Virus record (IMG/VR): IMGVR_UViG_3300027828_000067
Coordinates: 1-35,920 of that record
Reading direction: 5' to 3' (one strand)
From: a virus
Lineage: Duplodnaviria > Caudoviricetes
DNA: 35,920 nt
Positions 19,031-26,073 of this stretch are shown piece after piece (position 1 is the stretch's first letter; each line of letters opens with the position of its first letter). The translations under genes and the position numbers were made by a program. The notes under the pieces are model-generated. The model did not search any database. It had not been told where the DNA came from and worked only from the letters and a program-made list of their open reading frames with translations.

Positions 19031-19139
19031 AAACAAATCGACAGTGCGGCAAAATTGAAAGCCACTGCTTAGTAGCTTCGGATAATGGTAGCAGTCATAC
19101 CGATAATGCAGGAGTAGATACCTGCCTGTTGATTTGTTT
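19031..19139 (+). ncRNA. candidate structured leader or ncRNA
   Basis: 14-bp closing stem AAACAAATCGACAG/CTGTTGATTTGTTT enclosing hairpins, including GCAGG-N8-CCTGC. Confidence 0.45.
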
Positions 19140-19180
19140 TTAATTCAATCAACCTTATTTCAATAATTAAAGAACGTATT

Positions 19181-19510
19181 ATGAAAGAACAATTTACATT
19201 TGACAAACAGCGAATATCTTGCTCAATGAAAGTTTCAAAAGACTTTATTAATGAAGCAAAAATAACATCTGAATACTTAATGATTCAAGATGAATTAGCT
19301 TTTAGACTTGATACTTTCGTTTACCAACAACTACTCGAAGAAAAAGAGCTTGTTTATTATTTTCAACGCCCTAAGTTCTTTGAATGGCTGCTTAGAAAAC
19401 CAAGAACCGCAAAGTTTAAATTTGTCGCAAAAGAAACTCTAACTAATCCTCCTAAAATGGATAACACAAGAGTATTCTACAACATAAATCCTATTCATAA
19501 TTTCAAATAA
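19181..19510 (+). CDS. moron-like hypothetical protein, opposite strand within the head module
   Basis: 109 aa; own promoter; converges on the minor head gene. Confidence 0.65.
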   Translation: MKEQFTFDKQRISCSMKVSKDFINEAKITSEYLMIQDELAFRLDTFVYQQLLEEKELVYYFQRPKFFEWLLRKPRTAKFKFVAKETLTNPPKMDNTRVFYNINPIHNFK

Positions 19511-20279
19511 CTTCGTACAATGTTGTACACCTACAATTTATAACCTCAGCAGCAACTCCTTTCGGGTCGCCTACAAATCTCATTACATTGCCATTACCCA
19601 TACTAAACACTTCATCTTTGGCAATTCCTTTCGGGTAATTCTCCTCTGCAAATACATGGCTGTCTCTGATATTCTTTAGCCCACTTGTTGACCAGAACTT
19701 TCTATACTCCAGCCCTGTGCTCTCGATCCCGTCTTGACTGGCTTGGTTACTTCCTGTAATCATTTCTGTTTGCGCTATCATCTTAGAACGACTCCTGCCA
19801 ATGTCTCCTAAGCTATCAGTAAGGTTATCTCTAATCAGACGAGATATTTTGTCTATTCCAAAACCTTCTTCTACTCCTTGTTGCATTGCGCTCTCAATGG
19901 CTCCTCTGATATACTTTTCAGTTGTTGCTGTTATGCTTGTAACTCTTGCTCCCGTCTCAGTCAATGCAAAGTGTCTGAGACTATCCATAAACACGCTTTC
20001 GTAAAAGTCACTCTCCGCATCCTTCTGACTAAAAGCATTGTCCCGATACATTAACCCTATATTCGCAAACAAAGGGTAATAATCCTTCATAAACTCCTGG
20101 ATAGGTGTTTTAGATACGCTTAAGTTATCCAGAATGAAACTCGGAGAATACACACCCACTAAATCAAAGACCGCTTTATATTGTTGTTTAATGGCGTTAA
20201 ATGCCATCTTAACCCCTCGGTTCTCTATCCTGTTCCGAGTTCTTATTATTCGCCTTTCAAATGTCTTTTTCCTTGCCAT
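19503..20279 (-). CDS. minor head morphogenesis protein (SPP1 gp7/Mu gpF-like)
   Basis: RSKMIAQTE, KFW, RDSH, MRFVGDP...EVINCRC. Confidence 0.9.
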   Translation of the reverse strand: MARKKTFERRIIRTRNRIENRGVKMAFNAIKQQYKAVFDLVGVYSPSFILDNLSVSKTPIQEFMKDYYPLFANIGLMYRDNAFSQKDAESDFYESVFMDSLRHFALTETGARVTSITATTEKYIRGAIESAMQQGVEEGFGIDKISRLIRDNLTDSLGDIGRSRSKMIAQTEMITGSNQASQDGIESTGLEYRKFWSTSGLKNIRDSHVFAEENYPKGIAKDEVFSMGNGNVMRFVGDPKGVAAEVINCRCTTLYEVI

Positions 20280-20349
20280 ATAAAAACTTAAAAACCTTTT
20301 CAGTTGAATAAGCCTGATAAATTGAATACCATCTTGGACTTATAATAGC

Positions 20350-20379
20350 CAAAGTTAATAAAACTATGACATTTATCAT
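20350..20379 (-). promoter_or_regulatory. promoter TAACTTTG with an ATGAC-N4-ATCAT box
   Basis: CAAAGTTA 20350-20357; palindrome 20366-20379. Confidence 0.5.
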
Positions 20380-20405
20380 AGTAAATAACAAAAGTCCTAT
20401 TCTAT

Positions 20406-20783
20406 TTATAATTCCCATACTAATGTAATCTTTAATACTTCTTGATCTGGTGCTTCAATTTTAACATCTATCAACTCCTTTTTACCAAAATCTTTAATGT
20501 CCATCAATATGTCTGTTGAATATATTGCTAATGAATGACTATCACCTATCCATACCGAATAATCAAAATATGATTCAAGCGAACCAATTATATCCAACTC
20601 TAAATTACTTTTGTTAATCCTGAATGAAAGTTCATCCATTTGACTACCATTTACCTTAATTACAAGACTCTTACAGTCTCTCCACTTCCTAGAATATACC
20701 TCCTTAAATGTCATCGGCTCTTTCTCCGGTGGTGGTGGTGGCGTTCTATGTCCTCTAAATTTAAACATTTTAATAATCCCCAT
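20406..20783 (-). CDS. hypothetical protein with an N-terminal polyproline run
   Basis: 125 aa; RTPPPPPEK; overlaps the portal stop. Confidence 0.55.
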   Translation of the reverse strand: MGIIKMFKFRGHRTPPPPPEKEPMTFKEVYSRKWRDCKSLVIKVNGSQMDELSFRINKSNLELDIIGSLESYFDYSVWIGDSHSLAIYSTDILMDIKDFGKKELIDVKIEAPDQEVLKITLVWEL

Positions 20784-22083
20784 TATTTTTTTCTTCTAAA
20801 TTAGAATCTAAATTCAACTCATCCAAAAGCACATCGGACTGGCTAAATATAGGCTGATCCATTTGGTCGTCTTTTACTTTATCTTTGCCTGTTGCTTCTC
20901 TTATTTCGTTAGCTGTCCATTTAGCTCGGGTCATCCAGTCCACTTTCTCCTTAATTCCTGACTGCAATTCCTCAACGCCTGAATAATCCATGTCATAGAA
21001 ATATCCTGCTTCTCTGTATTCATCAACACAATCAATCAAAAACATATTTAGATGCGTTGCAAATGTATCATTGTGTGGGATTAAGGCATCTGTCCATGCT
21101 GCTTTCCTTGCCTCCACTATATTGTTATACGTTGAGCCTTCAGGATCGTTCAATAGGGCTACTGGTAATTGATAAACGTTAGCTAATATCCTTCTGCCGT
21201 CCTGTGTTGACTCTATAATTTTTAAGTCTGCTGTTGATATACCAAGATTGATAACTCCGAACTTATCTTTTAATACTTTCGCGCTTCCTTGCTTGCCTTT
21301 CTTTGATAGGTTGTTTATCTCCTTTTCAAGCTCTGTCCTCTGCGGGTCAGACATTGTATTCCAACTCTCTACCCCATCACGATATAAAAAGTATGCTGGA
21401 CCTTGGTTCTCAAATTGCTTTGCCTCTGTTTTAGCTGCTTGTATTTGTTTACTTAAAATATCTACAGCGGCCTTTAACGGACTTTGCCCGAAAAGTGTTT
21501 CATCGGTATAAAATAAAGGGTTAAAGTATTTTACATGATGAACCTCTTCAGGATAGAATTTGCTGTTCACAGATGAACTAATTAGCTTATACCCATCCAC
21601 AGGAGCAGTTAGCTTGTTATCCCCCTGTATTATCTCAATGTCATTACTAGGTAGGACATACAGCTCTTTTGTTTTGCCTTTATTTAATCCTGAATCTAAT
21701 ACTGGCTTATACCAGAAACTATTACCAGTAGTCAACAGATATACAGTGTATGCCTCCCTTAATTGAGCCATTGTCATTTGCGGATTAACCTTAAACATAA
21801 ACTTATTAAGCTCATGCCCTTCCACATCTATAATATCGCCTGATTTTGTCTTTTGCCTTAAAACTACTTTGGCTTGCGTTGACATAGTTACATAACGCCT
21901 GATAATCGAATACACATCTGCTGTACCTTGATAGCCGTCTTTAATGTATGAATCTGCATTGTCTTGTATCTCTGTGATATTGCCAGCCCTTAGCATGTTG
22001 CGGAAAAGTGCATTAACATATTTATCGTCTAGTGGCTCAACGCCTTTGAGTAAATATTTAGCAATCGCTTGTCTTATTCCCAT
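20770..22083 (-). CDS. portal protein (HK97 family)
   Basis: VYSII, LLTTGNSF, EEVHHVKYFNP, GQSPL, TYNN, TANEIRE. Confidence 0.93.
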   Translation of the reverse strand: MGIRQAIAKYLLKGVEPLDDKYVNALFRNMLRAGNITEIQDNADSYIKDGYQGTADVYSIIRRYVTMSTQAKVVLRQKTKSGDIIDVEGHELNKFMFKVNPQMTMAQLREAYTVYLLTTGNSFWYKPVLDSGLNKGKTKELYVLPSNDIEIIQGDNKLTAPVDGYKLISSSVNSKFYPEEVHHVKYFNPLFYTDETLFGQSPLKAAVDILSKQIQAAKTEAKQFENQGPAYFLYRDGVESWNTMSDPQRTELEKEINNLSKKGKQGSAKVLKDKFGVINLGISTADLKIIESTQDGRRILANVYQLPVALLNDPEGSTYNNIVEARKAAWTDALIPHNDTFATHLNMFLIDCVDEYREAGYFYDMDYSGVEELQSGIKEKVDWMTRAKWTANEIREATGKDKVKDDQMDQPIFSQSDVLLDELNLDSNLEEKNNGDY

Positions 22084-22086
22084 TAT

Positions 22087-23226
22087 TTATATGAATAAAG
22101 ATTCTTCCTTGATTTCATTCCTTAATCCCAAACTAAACGCATACCTTAAAGCATCAATCCCGTGATTCCACATATCGACAGGTTTGTTTAAAAAATTGCC
22201 GTCTCTGTCTTTTTGCCATTTATAATGCTTATATTCTTTCCAAACGTTACTACTGCTCCGAGTCAATAAAACATTATGACGCTTTAAATAGTCAATTCCT
22301 TCCATTATGCTACCCGGCTTCTTATCTGCTGGTATAGCATTAATACCCATTAGTTTTAGCTCCTGAATACTCTTGGGCTCTGCACTATCACAAATAACTA
22401 TCTCGCCATTATAGCCCTTTTGCTTTATCATTTTGGCAATATCAGCGTTAGTTAACTCAATTTGATAAAGAACTTCATCTACAAAGATACTATTTTTTTC
22501 TTTAGCAACTTTAACTATCGAAGTCGGATCATTCGAGAATCCAAAGTCTAACCCGTACCAAAAATCTATATTTGGAAATAACTCTAGCTCCTGCCAGTCC
22601 CTGAATACCTTGCCGGCGTATAAATTACCTACTAACCCAAGACCATAAACTTTATACCATTCTGGATCAGTGGTCATGTACGCCTCTATCTCGTCAATTG
22701 CCGACTGAGGACATGCTTCATTGTCTTTATATGTAACTATCTCGAACGATGTGTCAGGCTTCCCTTTGTATCTCTCATGCGCCCAAAACTCAGCATCTGG
22801 ATTGTAGTCGATATAAACAGTTTCACGGGTACGCATTATTAACTGTCTTGCTGTTTCCCATTTAACCCTGTTAGCCTCATTTATAAACAGTATATCCCTA
22901 CGTCCACCCCTTGCTTTTGTTTCGTCATCCAATGCGAAAAACTCAAATGTCCAATTGCCTATTGTTCTTTCTATTGGCTTCTTTGTTCCTGCGTCAACTA
23001 TATTGTCACTTGCTAGAATGTTTTTATAATCACGATATGCACCCTTTTCTATATTAGGCAGGGTGTCAGTTACTATTGATATAAGCTTAGTCTCCTTTGA
23101 CTCTGTTGCTTGTAGTATAAGTTTTTGAAGTATTGAAAATGTTTTAGAAGCACTTGAAGAACCTTGAACGATTCTTACACGTCCAAGCATTGCTGCAATC
23201 TTATTGAATGATGTTGTTAAAATCAT
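22087..23226 (-). CDS. terL: terminase large subunit (PBSX/Terminase_3-like)
   Basis: Walker A-like GSSSASKT, ILFINEAN, DYNP, GLDFGFSNDPT, DSAEP, NHGIDALRY. Confidence 0.93.
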   Translation of the reverse strand: MILTTSFNKIAAMLGRVRIVQGSSSASKTFSILQKLILQATESKETKLISIVTDTLPNIEKGAYRDYKNILASDNIVDAGTKKPIERTIGNWTFEFFALDDETKARGGRRDILFINEANRVKWETARQLIMRTRETVYIDYNPDAEFWAHERYKGKPDTSFEIVTYKDNEACPQSAIDEIEAYMTTDPEWYKVYGLGLVGNLYAGKVFRDWQELELFPNIDFWYGLDFGFSNDPTSIVKVAKEKNSIFVDEVLYQIELTNADIAKMIKQKGYNGEIVICDSAEPKSIQELKLMGINAIPADKKPGSIMEGIDYLKRHNVLLTRSSSNVWKEYKHYKWQKDRDGNFLNKPVDMWNHGIDALRYAFSLGLRNEIKEESLFI

Positions 23227-23723
23227 TTATTGAGTGCTTCTTTTAGTTCATCAGGTGTTAGTGTTGTTATTATGTTTGTCTTGGGAGACATTGATCCATC
23301 GCCGCTTCTATGATCTTTCGCGTCTGCTAGTCCAAGGTCTCTGGCTATTATGTTGGCACTAAACGCTCCAACCGCTGCACCTTCAAACTTCTGTTTATAA
23401 ATTGTTTCCTCTATACGCGTAATGATGTAACTAAAATCTTTATCACCTTCAGGCAATTGCTTTTTAAAGTTATTGAAATACTTCGTGTTGCAATCTAAAT
23501 ATAAACACAACCCATGCAATGTAAAAGGTCGCTCTGTTGGCGTAGTCTTTATGTCTATATTCTCTCCTTTGATTGTTGTCTCAACCTTTTCCCAGGGATT
23601 ATCTTCACACCATTGAAAGTATTCACATGCAGCGTCCCACATCAATTCAGGCGTAGCAAAGAGCTTATCTCTTCCGTGTTTACTCCTTAATTTCCAAAAA
23701 CTATTCCCTCTCGGTGCTGCCAT
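23223..23723 (-). CDS. terS: terminase small subunit (P22 gp3-like)
   Basis: MAAPRGNSFW.LRSKHGR...CEYFQW...NP, GLCLYL, QKFEGAA..F.ANIIARDLGL. Confidence 0.9.
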   Translation of the reverse strand: MAAPRGNSFWKLRSKHGRDKLFATPELMWDAACEYFQWCEDNPWEKVETTIKGENIDIKTTPTERPFTLHGLCLYLDCNTKYFNNFKKQLPEGDKDFSYIITRIEETIYKQKFEGAAVGAFSANIIARDLGLADAKDHRSGDGSMSPKTNIITTLTPDELKEALNK

Positions 23724-23750
23724 TACCAATCAATTAAATCTTCCATTATG

Positions 23751-23758
23751 CAAATATA
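23751..23758 (-). promoter_or_regulatory. putative late promoter -7 element TATATTTG
   Basis: Exact TAnnTTTG about 28 nt upstream of terS. Confidence 0.55.
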
Positions 23759-23768
23759 ATTAAAATAA

Positions 23769-24182
23769 CTAATACCTTTTCTTATTTCCCCCTTTAATAT
23801 TATTTCTCTTTATGCCCTTGTGCGGAATGGTAGAAATGAACTTTTCTTTTCCGTTCTTTTTCTTTCTGATAATTCCCGATACAAGATAAACCCTTGTTTT
23901 TTGAGTTTCGATGTAAATATAGGATTTGTTTTCATTGCAAAGATCAACGGCATTTGTTTTCATTCCCAAGTGTGATGTTATGAAAGAATCTATTTTTATC
24001 GTATCGGAAGATGTTATATATTTAGGGCAGCTCCATCCGTTAGAGGCCCCTACCATGTAGGTCTTTTTCTCCTGTGCCTTCCCGTCAAATACATACCATA
24101 GCAGAAATATTGCCATTAGTGATATGACTATTAAGATAGGTATCAATGCTAATTTTTCGCTTTTCTTGTTTTTCATATTCAT
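23769..24182 (-). CDS. membrane-anchored or secreted hypothetical protein
   Basis: N-terminal hydrophobic helix; basic C-terminus. Confidence 0.55.
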   Translation of the reverse strand: MNMKNKKSEKLALIPILIVISLMAIFLLWYVFDGKAQEKKTYMVGASNGWSCPKYITSSDTIKIDSFITSHLGMKTNAVDLCNENKSYIYIETQKTRVYLVSGIIRKKKNGKEKFISTIPHKGIKRNNIKGGNKKRY

Positions 24183-24220
24183 TTATATTTAACTATCTGT
24201 TATTTCAAATTTTAAACAAA

Positions 24221-24451
24221 TTACTGAGGAAACGAAATATATTTTCTATCCTCTATTTTAACACCATTTAATTTGTCCGCTTGGTAATTAATTGTTCGAG
24301 GTGACTTTCCTGTTAAATTAGAAAAAGTAGAACAACTTACTATTTGACAAGCATTGATTATTGTTTGCGCAATTACGCAAGCTTTCTCAGGATTTGCAAA
24401 ACATAAATCCTGTAATCTTTCAATTTCCTTTGATGTAAGTTTCTTATTCAT
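24221..24451 (-). CDS. small HTH-like protein
   Basis: VSCSTFSNLTGKSPRTINY helix-turn-helix pattern. Confidence 0.5.
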   Translation of the reverse strand: MNKKLTSKEIERLQDLCFANPEKACVIAQTIINACQIVSCSTFSNLTGKSPRTINYQADKLNGVKIEDRKYISFPQ

Positions 24452-24476
24452 AGTCTTTTATTTATTTGCGCATTTG

Positions 24477-24506
24477 CGCATTGTGCATACCGATACCGTT
24501 AGCGGT
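24477..24506 (-). repeat. attC-like half site (site D)
   Basis: C-N11-GTTAGCGGT on +; no partner arm found. Confidence 0.5.
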
Positions 24507-24609
24507 AAGCTGAAAAATATAATAATTCATTTGTGCTTAATTTAGGCTGCATCGCTTTTAACGAAACAACCAACCGCTAACAAAGCGCAAATTGCATACT
24601 ATCCAGCAT

Positions 24610-24810
24610 TTAATCAACGGCATCGGTTAAGTCCGTTTCTTTAGTTTCCCCTCTCGCTTTGCTTTTTGCAAAAGCATAGAATTTGCATAGTGCATTTTCG
24701 TAACGTTTTTTCGCTGATGAATTAGCGTAACTCATTTCGTTTAAACCAAAAAATTCTGAAATTTCTTTATTTGAAATTCCTAGCTCTTTTTTAAGTTCCT
24801 TAATATTCAT
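24610..24810 (-). CDS. XRE-like HTH protein
   Basis: IKELKKELGISNKEISEFFGL. Confidence 0.65.
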   Translation of the reverse strand: MNIKELKKELGISNKEISEFFGLNEMSYANSSAKKRYENALCKFYAFAKSKARGETKETDLTDAVD

Positions 24811-25049
24811 TTTGTTAAAAGATTAAGTTCGGCATTAATAATATAAACAGGAACATCAATTATAAATTGTTCAATAAGAATCAACCTATTTTTTGAGTTA
24901 AAGAATATTATTTCGCCATCTGACTCAATGTTTTTTACACAAAAAATATTTTTTGAATATTGGTAAACAATTAATCCATACATGGCAGAATCGCCATACA
25001 TTTTTTCTGTATGGCGAAGATTTAGTTTTGTAATTATTTTTTTATTCAT
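24807..25049 (-). CDS. hypothetical protein
   Basis: 80 aa; coupled to both neighbours (TAATG and ATGA-type overlaps). Confidence 0.55.
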   Translation of the reverse strand: MNKKIITKLNLRHTEKMYGDSAMYGLIVYQYSKNIFCVKNIESDGEIIFFNSKNRLILIEQFIIDVPVYIINAELNLLTK

Positions 25050-25228
25050 TATAATGAATCTTCAAATTGTTCGTATTCTGATTCTGTCATTCTTTCTTCA
25101 AGTACATTAAGTCCGCAAGAAAAAACTATTATTGAACCTTCATCTTCGCTATTCATTGCAACTTTAACGTCATTAATAAGTTGTTCTGTTGTTCTTGCTC
25201 TTAGTTTGCTTTCGATTAAGTTTTTCAT
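25049..25228 (-). CDS. 59-aa acidic protein (not in ORF track)
   Basis: MKNLIESKLRARTTEQLINDVKVAMNSEDEGSIIVFSCGLNVLEERMTESEYEQFEDSL*; follows a promoter. Confidence 0.6.
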   Translation of the reverse strand: MKNLIESKLRARTTEQLINDVKVAMNSEDEGSIIVFSCGLNVLEERMTESEYEQFEDSL

Positions 25229-25254
25229 TTTGTTTTGTTTTAATTATTATACTT

Positions 25255-25318
25255 CAAATATAAGCATTTACTTAATACTGTACAAGTGTTTTATAATTTA
25301 TTTTAAGTATTTACTTAA
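25255..25318 (-). promoter_or_regulatory. promoter TATATTTG with two palindromic operators
   Basis: CAAATATA 25255-62; TAAG(C/T)ATTTACTTA at 25261-74 and 25304-17. Confidence 0.65.
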
Positions 25319-25438
25319 TTATTCTTATAAAATGTAAAAAATGATACAAAAACCCCACCCAAAAACTAAAGAAACTACTACCAGCATTTAATCAAAGTCC
25401 GTGAAGTACGCAACTTGCGCGAACCGTTACCAACCATA

Positions 25439-25714
25439 CTACTCACTCCATTTCTTGCAAATATGGGAATGTGGGTCTGTAATGCCTTTAATGTCCAGCG
25501 ATACGAAGCAACTAAATTGCTCATGTTTTGGCTTTGTGCTCTCGTACATACAGTATTTGCAAGTGTAGCAAGTACGGTTGGTAACACAAGGTAAATTTAA
25601 TACTTCGTTTACTGCACTTTTGATAATTTGATAGCACTCACTTGTGCTTAATCCAGTTCCTACTTCGCTTTTTAAGTTTCTTGCGTGTCGTTCAATTACT
25701 TCTGCTTTATTCAT
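25439..25714 (-). CDS. chimeric-looking small protein spanning an attC-like core, Cys-rich C-terminus
   Basis: Starts inside the site B loop; codon 44 (GTT, Val) is the core; followed by CYTCKYC...C...C. Confidence 0.6.
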   Translation of the reverse strand: MNKAEVIERHARNLKSEVGTGLSTSECYQIIKSAVNEVLNLPCVTNRTCYTCKYCMYESTKPKHEQFSCFVSLDIKGITDPHSHICKKWSE

Positions 25715-25769
25715 TTTTATATAATTTTGTGGTTAATAATTTGTACTAAACTTACCAACACCGTTGAGA
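25571..25769 (-). repeat. attC-like site B
   Basis: GGTAAC 25580-85; arm GGTAAATTTAATAC 25590-25603 vs GTACTAAACTTACC 25743-56; GTT 25763. Confidence 0.75.
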
Positions 25770-25819
25770 ACAATAGCGTTACGCTCCGTTGCTCTCCGCT
25801 TCACTACAAATCCAACCAT

Positions 25820-26023
25820 TTAAAGTTTAAAGGCAGTAGCTTCTCCTTTGTAATTATAAGTAAAACCGTACGTCTCGCCACATTCGCATTTAACTTTGGT
25901 AAATCCGCATTTATTGCGGTTGCACTTATTGAGTAATTTGTCATCTGCATCCCATTCCGTAACATGACAGAATGGGCATTCATAATCTATTTTTGCAAAA
26001 CTGATGCTTATAATTTTATTCAT
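25820..26023 (-). CDS. small zinc-ribbon cassette protein
   Basis: CPFC...C...C...CEC; likely start MNKII; the frame stays open upstream to 26194 through the site A core. Confidence 0.6.
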   Translation of the reverse strand: MNKIISISFAKIDYECPFCHVTEWDADDKLLNKCNRNKCGFTKVKCECGETYGFTYNYKGEATAFKL

Positions 26024-26073
26024 AAGTAATAACTTTAAATTCCTTTGTATTTCTACTGTTCTAAAAACGAAAA

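Larger units (their letters stand above)
24573..25440 (-). repeat. attC-like site C; arms enclose a three-gene operon
   Basis: GCTAAC 24576-81; arm GCGCAAATTGCATACT 24585-24600 vs AGTACGCAACTTGCGC 25405-25420; GTT 25426. Confidence 0.75.

Noticed and set aside
16553-19139. Functional tRNA genes at 16553-16591 and 19031-19139
   Set aside because: The first lacks D and anticodon arms; the second lacks a TTCRA loop and canonical stem spacing
25378-25587. Alternative minus-strand 69-aa ORF
   Set aside because: Its non-ATG start lies at the site B core, and it overlaps the better-supported 25439-25714 ORF
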